This document shows, piece after piece, positions 1-9,553 of a DNA stretch of 64,000 nt (position 1 is the first letter of the stretch; each line of letters starts with the position of its first letter). Below the pieces are notes generated by a model. The model saw nothing but the letters and a program-made list of their open reading frames with translations. It was not told the DNA's origin and ran no database searches. The stretch lies in assembly GCA_031289755.1 (NCBI GenBank), contig JAITOU010000042.1, positions 2,502-66,501 on the forward strand, written 5' to 3'. The position numbers were made by a program, and so were the translations under genes. The DNA comes from Clostridiales bacterium. Its GTDB lineage: Bacteria; Bacillota; Clostridia; Christensenellales; JAISNN01.

Positions 1-1
1 A

Positions 2-3000
2 GGCGGCACCGACTTTACGGGGGCTACAAAGACCTATGACAATGAAGACATTGATGTAAGCTTGGTTATAAGCGGTGCTTTTAGCCCGAGTGCGACACCG
101 GTCTTGTTACGCGCTCCGGGTGTAGCTATAAGGGAATATCAGAGAGGCTTGGCAAGCACAACCAATCTCGGCAACACTGCCGATAGGACAAACAACCGAG
201 AGCTTACATACTCGACACTATACAAAGACGTTCTCTATAACGGCACAACGGTAGATAATTATGTGTTGGATTTATACGATACCAACGGAGCAACCGCGTC
301 GATAGTATTGATTGACGCTCTTGACAACCCTAAATACGGAGTATGGAGCGGAAGCGTCAGCAACAATATAACTATCAATCCTGTTGACTACACGGTGGCG
401 GTCGGTATCGCGCCGAGTAAGACCTACGACGGCGGCCTGACCGCGACTATGGTATTAGGTACAAATTATACGGTAAGCGGAACTCCTGCAAGCGGACAAA
501 CCGTAGCTATCTTGGCGACGGGGGCGTCTTTCACTGACAAAACCGCCGTAAACGGCAAAACCGTTACCTTTACCTTTACTTTAACGCCGCAAGGCGGTAT
601 CGTCGCAGGCAATTATAGGGCGATAGCCGGAACGGGTGCGACCTATGTTAGCGGTATCAATTCAACCGGCTATACCTTTACTACGACTGCAAACATCGAT
701 CAATTAGGCTTGACAATAACGGGCGTAACCGCAGATAACAGAGACTATGACGGAACAAATGCGGTGTCGTTGGATAACGGCTCACTGCAAGGAGTCTTGG
801 GGGTAGACGCAGGCAAAGTAGGCTTTACGCTCGGCAACGGAACGATATCGGATATCGACGCCAACACAAGCGCAAAGTCTGTAACGACGGCGATAGCTCT
901 GACCGGAGCGGACGCGGCTAACTATTCGCTGACTCAACCGAGCGATGTAACGGTAACTATCGGTAAAGTGGCTTTGGCGATAAACGTTACGTCTACCGTG
1001 CCGACAAGGGCATTCAATAACGAGTATGACGCGACCGTGACTTATGGGACACATTATACATACGGCGCAATGGTCGGATCGGAAAGCTTTACATTTACGA
1101 CGGGAACGGCTGCCTATGCGACCAAAGACGTTGCGAACGGCATAACGATAACCTTTACGTTTACGATAACGGCTTCACTATCCGGCGCAAAAATAGCTAA
1201 CTACAATATAATAGACGGCTCGGCGGACTATCAAAGCGAATCGGGCGGCACTTATACCGTCGAAATACCGGGCAATATAACCAAAGTTGACGTGACCTTA
1301 GACAGAACGGGAACGGCGCCGACTAAGGTATACGACGGCGGTTTCTCTGCAACCTTGACTTATCAGCTTGCTACGTTCGGAGTAGGTGATTTGAGCTTTA
1401 CATTGTTGGAGATATCCGCCCTTTATGCCTCCAAAAACGTTTCGGCTTCCCCTATCCTGATAACCTTTATATTTGAAATAACAGGAAACTCCGGCGCTTT
1501 GCAAGCTAACTACAATATAACAAGCGGAACGGACACAACCTATGTAAGCGTATCGGGTAACCAATACACCTTTACGACTACGGGTACTATAACTGCGGCA
1601 AGCTTGGTTATCAACTACACGGGTTCGACACCGACAAAGGAATATGACAAAGATTTTGGCGTAGGTACTTTGAGTTATTCGCATAACGCAACCGGCATAG
1701 GTACGGAATCCTTTGGCTTGGCTACACAGTCGGCGGCTTATGCGGCGTATGGCGTTGCGAACGGCATACAGATAACCCTTATAGTCAGACTGACGCAAGT
1801 GGGCGGCGCGTTGCTTGGCAACTACGTTATATCGGCAGGAACCGGCGGTTTGACGTATGTAAGCTCGACGTCAAACAACCAAGACCATACCTTTAATATT
1901 TACGGCAATATCACAAGGAAAACACTGACGATAGAAGACGTATTGGCGACCAACAAAACCTATGACGGCTTGGCGGCGGTATCGTTATCCGGCGGAAGCT
2001 TAGTCGGAGTCTTGACGGGCGACGACGTAGACTTTACAATCAACAGCGGAGCGGCGGCGGATAAGAACGCCGCAGACGGCAAGTCGGTAACGGCATCGAT
2101 AACCCTTACGGGAACAGACGAAGACAACTATACCTTGACGTCGCCGGACTACATAACGGTTAATATCGCTAAGATAACCTTGACGATAACGGACGTAACT
2201 GCGCCGGGCAGAACCTATAACGGGTACAGGACGGTAGCATTGAGCGGCGGAAATTTGGTCGGAGTCCTTTTGGGCGAAACCGTAACCGTCGACCTTACCA
2301 ACGGCGGAACGATAGAAAGTGCGAATGCCAGACCCCTATTTTATGATGTCGTCACGGATATAGCGTTGAGCGGAGCAGACGCGCTTAACTACACGCTGAC
2401 ACAACCTAATGACGTAACGGTAGCGATAGCCAAAGCGCCTTTGACGATAACGGGCGCAACGGCGGAAAATAAGCCATATGACGGAGACCCTACCGCGACG
2501 GTAACGAGCGTATCATTTAGTCTTAGCATCGATACATGGGCGGTAGGTATAAACTATACTGTCACAGGCACGTTTGCAAGCTCGGTACAGGGATTGCAAA
2601 ACGTAACCGTAACGGTCACTCTTATCGACGCCGCGGCTTTAAACTACATCTTCTTTAACGTCGACGACGATACCTTTATCACGACAGCCACTATCACACA
2701 GATTGAGATAACGATAAACGGCGCGGCGGTCGATTCAAGGATATATGACGGCGGAACGGTAGCGGCTCTAAGCGACGTGACGCTCGGATACAGCGCAGGC
2801 GGCGGATTGGTTTACACAACGGACTTTACGGCTGTCGGTGCATTCGATACAAAGAACGTCGGAACGGGCAAAACGGTATATATAACGATAACTCTTGACC
2901 CGACTATCTCCGGCAACTACACGATAGCTAATAACGGAACTTTCTACGTCACGACGGGCGAGATAACCGTACTCGATGTGACGGTAAGCGGCTTCACGGT

Positions 3001-4282
3001 AGATACGAGAGCGTACAACGGTTCGACCGATGTGACCGCGCTTGTATATGGCGGCACGATAAACGGTCAGATACTCTTAGACACCCTTGGCGTCGGCATA
3101 ACTGCGGTCAATACTTCGAGCGCGAACGCCGGAACATATAACAATGTGGCGGTAACGGCAGTCTTGACGGGAGCGGACGCCGGCAACTACAATCTCACAA
3201 GCGTAGCCGACGTATCGGTGACGATAGGCAAGGCGGATATAACGGTAACGGGAGCGGTTGCGGACGATAAGGTCTATGACGGCGGCGTTACGGCAAATAT
3301 CTCGTCGGTCGGCTTCTCGGGAACGGCCGCGGCACTTATAAAGGGTACAGACTACACCGTATCCGCAACCTTTGGCGACAAGAACGTTGCCGCAGGCAAG
3401 ACGGTAACGGGAACGGTAGCCTTGACGGGTACTGCCGCAAACAACTACGACATAATAAGCTCGACGACGGTCACGGATACGGCGGATATATCTAAGCTCG
3501 ACATCACTATAAACGGCTTCGGCGTGAGCGGCAGAGATTATAACGGTTCTGCCGATGTAAAAGCGCAGGTAACGGGCGGAACGATAGTGGGAACTATCGG
3601 CGGCGACGACCTTAGCTTCACAATAGACGCGGTAACGGCTTCAAGCCCGAACGCAGGCACTTATACCGTCACTCCTACGATAACACTCGGCGGAGCGGAC
3701 GCAGATAACTACAACGCGGTAATAGCTTCGGTCAACATCACTATCGCCAAAATACAAGCGGTATTCAGCGTAACGAGAGAGAAAGGTAATCTAACCGTTG
3801 TCAACGACGGCGGATACACCGCCGAGTACAGCATAGACGGCGTAGCGGATTGGCAGGCAGGCAATGTCTTCGGCGATTTGAGCGACTATAAGAAATACAC
3901 GGTCAACATCAGACTGACGGGCGACGACGCTATCAACTACTTTGTAGAATCGCCGATAGAATCCAAATACAAAAACATTCTCGTACCGATAGGCGAAGGT
4001 TTGGCGGCTCTGCTTCTGCTCTTATTGATTTTGTTTATCATCATCAAGAAGAAGAAAGACAAAGAAAAATTCCAAGCCAAACGCGCAATAGAAGTCGCGA
4101 CCGAGCAATCTCGTGTCAAGAAAATCAATCAATCGAGCTTTAAGGTCTCGAACATGGGCGAAAAAGGACAGAAAGTGGACGTCGCCAAGAAAGGCAAATA
4201 CGGCGACAACTTCACCACAAACGTAATCGCCAACCTTAACAACGGTCAGAGAATCACCGGCGACGCGCAAGGCAAGAAATAA
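2..4282 (+). CDS. Giant cell-surface repeat protein (YDG/MBG-type repeats), 5'-truncated by the window edge; C-terminal TM anchor plus Lys-rich tail
   Basis: The reading frame is open back to base 2 (GGTDFTGATKTYDNEDI is already a repeat unit). Many ~80-aa units recur with K(T/V)YDG..., ...ANY(S/N)LT... and VT(I/V)xK. The C-terminus is LAALLLLLLILFIIIKKKKDKEK. Stop at 4280-4282. Confidence 0.85.
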   Translation, partial: GGTDFTGATKTYDNEDIDVSLVISGAFSPSATPVLLRAPGVAIREYQRGLASTTNLGNTADRTNNRELTYSTLYKDVLYNGTTVDNYVLDLYDTNGATASIVLIDALDNPKYGVWSGSVSNNITINPVDYTVAVGIAPSKTYDGGLTATMVLGTNYTVSGTPASGQTVAILATGASFTDKTAVNGKTVTFTFTLTPQGGIVAGNYRAIAGTGATYVSGINSTGYTFTTTANIDQLGLTITGVTADNRDYDGTNAVSLDNGSLQGVLGVDAGKVGFTLGNGTISDIDANTSAKSVTTAIALTGADAANYSLTQPSDVTVTIGKVALAINVTSTVPTRAFNNEYDATVTYGTHYTYGAMVGSESFTFTTGTAAYATKDVANGITITFTFTITASLSGAKIANYNIIDGSADYQSESGGTYTVEIPGNITKVDVTLDRTGTAPTKVYDGGFSATLTYQLATFGVGDLSFTLLEISALYASKNVSASPILITFIFEITGNSGALQANYNITSGTDTTYVSVSGNQYTFTTTGTITAASLVINYTGSTPTKEYDKDFGVGTLSYSHNATGIGTESFGLATQSAAYAAYGVANGIQITLIVRLTQVGGALLGNYVISAGTGGLTYVSSTSNNQDHTFNIYGNITRKTLTIEDVLATNKTYDGLAAVSLSGGSLVGVLTGDDVDFTINSGAAADKNAADGKSVTASITLTGTDEDNYTLTSPDYITVNIAKITLTITDVTAPGRTYNGYRTVALSGGNLVGVLLGETVTVDLTNGGTIESANARPLFYDVVTDIALSGADALNYTLTQPNDVTVAIAKAPLTITGATAENKPYDGDPTATVTSVSFSLSIDTWAVGINYTVTGTFASSVQGLQNVTVTVTLIDAAALNYIFFNVDDDTFITTATITQIEITINGAAVDSRIYDGGTVAALSDVTLGYSAGGGLVYTTDFTAVGAFDTKNVGTGKTVYITITLDPTISGNYTIANNGTFYVTTGEITVLDVTVSGFTVDTRAYNGSTDVTALVYGGTINGQILLDTLGVGITAVNTSSANAGTYNNVAVTAVLTGADAGNYNLTSVADVSVTIGKADITVTGAVADDKVYDGGVTANISSVGFSGTAAALIKGTDYTVSATFGDKNVAAGKTVTGTVALTGTAANNYDIISSTTVTDTADISKLDITINGFGVSGRDYNGSADVKAQVTGGTIVGTIGGDDLSFTIDAVTASSPNAGTYTVTPTITLGGADADNYNAVIASVNITIAKIQAVFSVTREKGNLTVVNDGGYTAEYSIDGVADWQAGNVFGDLSDYKKYTVNIRLTGDDAINYFVESPIESKYKNILVPIGEGLAALLLLLLILFIIIKKKKDKEKFQAKRAIEVATEQSRVKKINQSSFKVSNMGEKGQKVDVAKKGKYGDNFTTNVIANLNNGQRITGDAQGKK

Positions 4283-4598
4283 ACGGTTAATAACCGGCAA
4301 GGCAAAAAATCACTTGCGGCGCGCAACTCAAAAAATAAACGGTTAATAACCTTTAAGCAAATCAAAAGAAAAAATCAACAAAGCACTACGCCGGACAAAA
4401 CTGTTCGGCGCAGTGTATATAATCGGTTATAGTAAATATAAAGAAAATATCGGATAAACAATCCACACAATGTACAAAAAATACAGATAACCGTAAAAAA
4501 CACAGATAACCGTAGGGGAAAATCTGAAATAAAATCACAGGAGAAAAGATAAAGAAGCAGCGAAGCGTGGCTATAAAATATAAATAGGAGAGTAATGT

Positions 4599-7500
4599 AT
4601 GACAGCACGTTTGAAGATTTGCTTGTTTTCGGTACTTTGTCTTTTGTGTGCGGTGGGATTGATATCACCGCTTTTTGGGGATAGCGCACCGTCTTATGCC
4701 GTCAACGTCAGCGGCGAAGAAGCCATAGGCGGCGGCTTATCCGGCGAGTCCGAAAGCGGCACTTGGAACGCGAGCGGCGGACGTACCTGGTCAAATATAA
4801 CCGACAGCGAAGCGTCGAATAACACCTTTGTTCCGCACAATACTTCGATAGTAGACCGTATAAATGCCGCGGCACCCGAAGTCTATACACGTTGGGTAGA
4901 AAATTCGACAAGCACAATCAGCGGTAATTTAGATAGCGGAGCAGGAATTGTATATACAATCACTTTTGACGGCAACCTAAGAACGGCTTTTGCCAACGGC
5001 AGAATAGCGTCGGTCAGCATTACCGTCACTTATGCTCTGCACGCGTATTGCAACGGCGACACAGGCACTCGCGTATATATGCGCCGTATCGACGGCTATA
5101 CCGACTCTGCTCCGTCAGGTGCAAACGATAGCAGGCGCGGCGAATTTCAAGCTCTGGCAACTACGCAACCCGATACATATCCGGCAACCGGTGATAACGG
5201 TGACGACAATCACAAGATAGGTACTACCACCGCCACTTGGAATATGTCCGCCGAAAGCATTGCCAACTTAAAGACAAACGATAAAGCCTATATCAAGTTA
5301 TGGGCGCAGGCTAAATGTTCTGGGTCAAATAAAAACGCACAGGGCGCGGCTACTATCGAGCAAGTCAACATAGCCTTTACATACAATACCCCCGCCGTAA
5401 ACGTGACGGTCAATCCGTCGGCAGGCGGAACGCTGACTAATGCGTCGTCGGCGGCGACGGTAAATGCCGCGACGATAGTCGGCTATCCGACCGCAACGGT
5501 CACACCGAACGACGGTTACTATCTAAATAATTGGTCGGGAGCGACAACAGGCTCTTTGCCGACACTTACATTCCCGAACGCCTTTTATACCTATTCGCAA
5601 AACAGCTTGTCGGTCACGGCAAACCTTTCGGCTATGGCGTTTAGCAATGACTATCCGACCTTTCCGTACACGGGGGGCGTGCAAGGTCCGAACGTGACAG
5701 AACCTTCACTGATTACGGTCGTTCATCTCTACACGGGAACGACGGCGGACGGCGACAGCTATTCTTCGGCAACAAAGCCGAAAAATGCCGGAACGTACAC
5801 TTACAGCGCGGATTTTAAACGCGGCTCGGACGTCATTGGCACAACGGGCGACAAAAACTTTACCATTGAGCCGAAAAGCATTACGCTCATCAGGTCGCCT
5901 TTTTCAGATTACATAGTCAAGACTTACGACGGAACAAAGTCCGTTCCCGACGGATTTGTCCTTAACAGTACTAATTTGGGAAGCTATGTGTCATTGCAAA
6001 GCGGTTCTACTTGGGGAACGGGCGACAGTATGTCGAGCGTCATCAGCGTAGCGCCGGGCTATGAGTACAGTGATGCCAACGCGGGAAACTCCGGAGTAAA
6101 CAGTATAATTATTACTATCTCGGCAAACGGCAACTATTCATTGGCGACGACGAGCATTACTCTCCCTGCCACGATAAGCAAAAAAGGTCTGACCGTCACT
6201 TCCGCTATCGCAAGCGACAAAATCTATGACGGCTATAACACCGCCGCAGTGACTTTGGAATTTGACGGATATATAGGGTTTGACGCGTTGGGCGCGGGGG
6301 ATTATACCGTCAACGCTATCTTTGCAGACTACAACGCCGGAGCAAATAAGACCGTTTCGGTCAGCTCATACTCAATCGGCAGCGGAAGTATTGCAAGAAA
6401 TTATAACATAGCTACTCTAATAAGCGCGCTTCCTGCGATAAAAGCGGAGATTTTTAAAAGAGAATTGACAGTCCTTTCGGTGACCGCCGCATCAAAAACC
6501 TATGACGGCGCAAGAACCGCATCCGTTACGTCTGCCGCCTTTGACGGCGCACTGACGGGACATAATTTCACCGCAAATCTAAATAGCTATTGTATCGTTT
6601 CGGCGACCTTTGACACCGCCGACGCAGGCACGGGCAAAACCGTCACCGCAACGATAGCTTTGAGAAATGTTTCGCCGGCCTTTAACTATGTAATAGTAGG
6701 AACTATCCCGACGACTGCCGCCGATATCGGCAAAAAAGATATTTCGATAAGCTCGGCTACCGTCCGCGCCAGAGAATATGACGCGACTACGGCAGGCACG
6801 GTGACTACGGTAGGCTTTTTGGGAACGATAGCCACGATATCAAGTACATATTATACGGCGATTGCGGAATTTGAAAACGCGGCTGCCGCAAACAATAAAA
6901 ACGTTACCGTTACCGTCGTTTTGACAGGGACGGGAGATACCAACTATAATCTCCTTAATGATACCTTTATAGCAAAAGGTAATATTACAAAAAGAAGTAC
7001 GGCTTTTTCCGTCACCGTTAAAAACAAAATTTATGACGGAACGACGGCGGCGGAGATAGATACCGTTCTTTTTACCAGAACCTTAGAGACTCTCGTTTTG
7101 GACGTCGATTATACGATTTTGGCGGTGTTTTATGACAAAAACGTCGGAACAGGAAAGGGCGCGTCAGCAACTATCTCTCTCAACACGACTGCGGCTGCCG
7201 CTAATTATTCGCTGACCGCCGCGACGGCGGAGAGCTTTGCGGACATCGGTCAGGCGACCGTAAGCTCGGCGGAGATAACGATAACTTACGGCGAGAACAA
7301 GCCGGAATATGCACTGTACTATATCAACGGTCAAGAGTTTGCGTACGGTACTGCCGATTGGTCGGATTCGATTTACAAGGACGTCGCATTGTTGGACGCT
7401 TCGGATACGCCGTATTCGGTCTTTTTGCCTTTTACTCCGGGCATCGAAGAGCTTAATTATGCCTATACCGCAAGCGCGGAGATAATCGTCACCGTCAATA

Positions 7501-8096
7501 AAAAAGAATTGGTCATAACCGTCAATAGCCCTACGGTCGTATATGACGGCAAAAATCATTTTGAAGATATATCGGCTCAAATCGACGAGAGCGGCATAAC
7601 AGTCGTCTTGATATCGATAACGTCGTCGAACGGAACGGTATATTCCGAGAATAATCTCATAAACGCCGGAACGTATAAGGCGGTATTCGGATTGTCCGCA
7701 AACACAAACTACACGGCGGCAGATAAGACTGCTGTGCTGACCATAACAAGAGCGGCGGCGGAATTTTCTCTGACAAGAGAATTTGGCAAGCTCACCGTCA
7801 ACAATCCGCAAGGCTATGACGCACGGTACAGCATTGACGGCGGCAAAACTTGGCAAAAAGAAAGTGAATTTGACGTGCGTTTTTATGAGAAAGTACAGGT
7901 TATAGTGGAGCTGGACGGCGATGACGGAGTGAATTATACGCCTAATACACCGCCGGAGTCGGTGTGGATAGAGACGCTGTACTTGATATTGGCGGCTTCC
8001 GGCATGGCGGCACTCATTATCTCGGTCGTCCTTATCATCGTTATAGTAAAAAAACGCAAAGACAAAGGCGAAGAAAAAGGCGATAGCGAAGCGTAA
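4599..8096 (+). CDS. Giant cell-surface repeat protein, paralog of the upstream gene (signal peptide, unique N-terminal region, YDG/MBG repeats, C-terminal TM anchor)
   Basis: RBS GGAGAG lies upstream of the ATG. N-terminal signal-like MTARLKICLFSVLCLLCAVGL. Repeats show KIYDG/KTYDG ... NYN(I/L). The C-terminal module FSLTREFGKLTVNNPQGYDARYSIDGGKTW matches FSVTREKGNLTVVNDGGYTAEYSIDGVADW of the first gene, followed by a TM helix and KKRKDKGEEK. Confidence 0.85.
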   Translation: MTARLKICLFSVLCLLCAVGLISPLFGDSAPSYAVNVSGEEAIGGGLSGESESGTWNASGGRTWSNITDSEASNNTFVPHNTSIVDRINAAAPEVYTRWVENSTSTISGNLDSGAGIVYTITFDGNLRTAFANGRIASVSITVTYALHAYCNGDTGTRVYMRRIDGYTDSAPSGANDSRRGEFQALATTQPDTYPATGDNGDDNHKIGTTTATWNMSAESIANLKTNDKAYIKLWAQAKCSGSNKNAQGAATIEQVNIAFTYNTPAVNVTVNPSAGGTLTNASSAATVNAATIVGYPTATVTPNDGYYLNNWSGATTGSLPTLTFPNAFYTYSQNSLSVTANLSAMAFSNDYPTFPYTGGVQGPNVTEPSLITVVHLYTGTTADGDSYSSATKPKNAGTYTYSADFKRGSDVIGTTGDKNFTIEPKSITLIRSPFSDYIVKTYDGTKSVPDGFVLNSTNLGSYVSLQSGSTWGTGDSMSSVISVAPGYEYSDANAGNSGVNSIIITISANGNYSLATTSITLPATISKKGLTVTSAIASDKIYDGYNTAAVTLEFDGYIGFDALGAGDYTVNAIFADYNAGANKTVSVSSYSIGSGSIARNYNIATLISALPAIKAEIFKRELTVLSVTAASKTYDGARTASVTSAAFDGALTGHNFTANLNSYCIVSATFDTADAGTGKTVTATIALRNVSPAFNYVIVGTIPTTAADIGKKDISISSATVRAREYDATTAGTVTTVGFLGTIATISSTYYTAIAEFENAAAANNKNVTVTVVLTGTGDTNYNLLNDTFIAKGNITKRSTAFSVTVKNKIYDGTTAAEIDTVLFTRTLETLVLDVDYTILAVFYDKNVGTGKGASATISLNTTAAAANYSLTAATAESFADIGQATVSSAEITITYGENKPEYALYYINGQEFAYGTADWSDSIYKDVALLDASDTPYSVFLPFTPGIEELNYAYTASAEIIVTVNKKELVITVNSPTVVYDGKNHFEDISAQIDESGITVVLISITSSNGTVYSENNLINAGTYKAVFGLSANTNYTAADKTAVLTITRAAAEFSLTREFGKLTVNNPQGYDARYSIDGGKTWQKESEFDVRFYEKVQVIVELDGDDGVNYTPNTPPESVWIETLYLILAASGMAALIISVVLIIVIVKKRKDKGEEKGDSEA

Positions 8097-8111
8097 TTGC
8101 TTTTAAGATAA

Positions 8112-8140
8112 AAAAAGACTTCTGTGAAGTCTTTTTTTTT
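8112..8140 (+). terminator. Rho-independent terminator after the second surface-protein gene
   Basis: aagacttc-tgt-gaagtctt stem-loop followed by a T9 run. Confidence 0.8.
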
Positions 8141-8189
8141 AGGGTTTTATTTTTTTCAAAAATTGAAAAAACGAATTGTTTGAAAAATC

Positions 8190-8211
8190 GGGCGACCACA
8201 TAGGGTCGCCC
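8190..8211. repeat. REP-like intergenic palindrome GGGCGACC-N6-GGTCGCCC (family copy a)
   Basis: gggcgaccacatagggtcgccc is the exact reverse complement of the copy at 9492-9513. Confidence 0.8.
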
Positions 8212-8329
8212 TTACGCCGTCATCATATTTTTGGTGGTAAAGTATGCAAACGTCTTTGTGTACGGTATTGCAAAAAGAACAAGCAAACGTGCCTTAGGGC
8301 GGTGTTGTATTAAAAAGTGTCAAACGGTC

Positions 8330-8358
8330 TTGATTTTTTGGGAAATATGGTTTATAAT
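8330..8358 (+). promoter_or_regulatory. Sigma-A-type promoter for the LysR gene
   Basis: TTGATT (8330-8335), 17-nt spacer, TATAAT (8353-8358). Confidence 0.6.
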
Positions 8359-8373
8359 AGTATTGAATAATGA

Positions 8374-8499
8374 GTGAGTATACCCTTTTGATGCGGATAA
8401 GGGCAAGAAGAGTGTGTGAGTATACCCTTTTGATGCGGAAAAAGGTAAAAAGAATGTGTGAGTATACCCTTTTGATGTGAGAAAAAGCAAGAAGGATGA
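8374..8499 (+). repeat. 42-bp tandem direct repeat x3 in the LysR leader
   Basis: gtgagtatacccttttgatg starts at 8374, 8416 and 8458, an exact 42-bp period. Confidence 0.9.
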
Positions 8500-8503
8500 T
8501 GAA

Positions 8504-9391
8504 ATGCTTGTAAATATGGAGCTTTATAGAGTTTTTTATACCGTAGCTAAGTGCGGTTCGTTGACGAAGGCGGCGCAGGAGCTTTTTATTTCGCAGCCGG
8601 CGGTCAGTCAGTCTATAAAGCTGCTCGAACAGCAAATCGGCGGCACGCTCTTTATCAGAACAAGCAAGGGTATGGAGCTTACATACGAAGGCAAGATTAT
8701 TTTTGGCTATATCGAGCAGGCGCAGGAGCTTATCGAGATTGCCGAACACAAATTTGCACAGCTCAAAGACCTTGAATTCGGTTCGTTTACGATAGGCGCG
8801 AACGACACGCTTTGCAAAAATTATCTGCTCAAATACATTTTGGCATTCAACAAAAGCAATCCGCAGATAAATATTCAAATAACCAACAGAACGACCGTCG
8901 ATACCGTCAATCTCTTGAAAAGCGGCAAGGTCGATATCGGCTTTGTAAATCTGCCGATTGATTCCAAATATCTCGACATTACGGAATGCTTTGAAATACA
9001 CGATATATTTGTCTGCTCCAAAGAAAAAGCAAACGCCGTAAACGGTCTTATCGGTTATCAAGACCTTGTCAAGCTGCCGTTGATTGCCATAGAGAGAACG
9101 TCTACGACGAGAATGAGAACCGACGAATATTTCGAGAAAAAAAACGTCTTTTTAGAACCTGTATTTGAATTGGCAAGCCATGAGCTTGTCGTCGAATTTG
9201 CAAAGGCAGGCTTGGGCTACGGTTGCGTCATTAGAGAATTTGTCGAAAAGGAGCTTAAAGACGGCAATCTTTTTGAAGTTCCGCTCGAAGAACCTTTGCC
9301 GCCGAGAAGTATAGGGCTTATCACGCTAAAAGATACGCCGATAAAATTTGCGGCACAGAGATTTGCCGATTTGGTCATAAAGAACAAATAA
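8504..9391 (+). CDS. LysR-family transcriptional regulator
   Basis: N-terminal wHTH MELYRVFYTVAKCGSLTKAAQELFISQPAVSQSIKLLEQQIGGTLFIR plus a substrate-binding domain of typical length. ATG at 8504 follows GAAGGA; 8516 is an alternative start and the GTG at 8477 is unlikely. Confidence 0.85.
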   Translation: MLVNMELYRVFYTVAKCGSLTKAAQELFISQPAVSQSIKLLEQQIGGTLFIRTSKGMELTYEGKIIFGYIEQAQELIEIAEHKFAQLKDLEFGSFTIGANDTLCKNYLLKYILAFNKSNPQINIQITNRTTVDTVNLLKSGKVDIGFVNLPIDSKYLDITECFEIHDIFVCSKEKANAVNGLIGYQDLVKLPLIAIERTSTTRMRTDEYFEKKNVFLEPVFELASHELVVEFAKAGLGYGCVIREFVEKELKDGNLFEVPLEEPLPPRSIGLITLKDTPIKFAAQRFADLVIKNK

Positions 9392-9401
9392 ATATCCTTA
9401 T

Positions 9402-9490
9402 GCCGCCGATAAGCATAGAGGGTATCACGCTAAAAGATACGCCGATAAGATTTGCGGCACAGTGATGATTTGGTCATAAAGAACAAAGTA
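9402..9490 (+). repeat. Degenerate tandem duplicate of the last ~94 bp of the LysR gene, including the stop region
   Basis: gccgccgataagcatagagggtatcacgctaaaagatacgccgataagatttgcggcacag... aligns to 9298-9391. Confidence 0.85.
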
Positions 9491-9513
9491 GGGGCGACCC
9501 TATGTGGTCGCCC
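9488..9513. repeat. REP-like palindrome (family copy b) with GTAGG prefix
   Basis: gtag-gggcgaccctatgtggtcgccc. Confidence 0.8.
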
Positions 9514-9553
9514 GAATAAAAAAATTATTCATTAAATATCCAAGGGGGTGCGT

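Noticed and set aside
9298-9490. Diversity-generating retroelement (VR/TR pair) as an explanation for the 3'-end duplicates of LysR and recF.
   Set aside because: There is no reverse transcriptase or accessory gene in the window. Mismatches between the copies are of all types plus indels, not adenine-specific. The genes concerned (LysR, recF) are not DGR-type targets.
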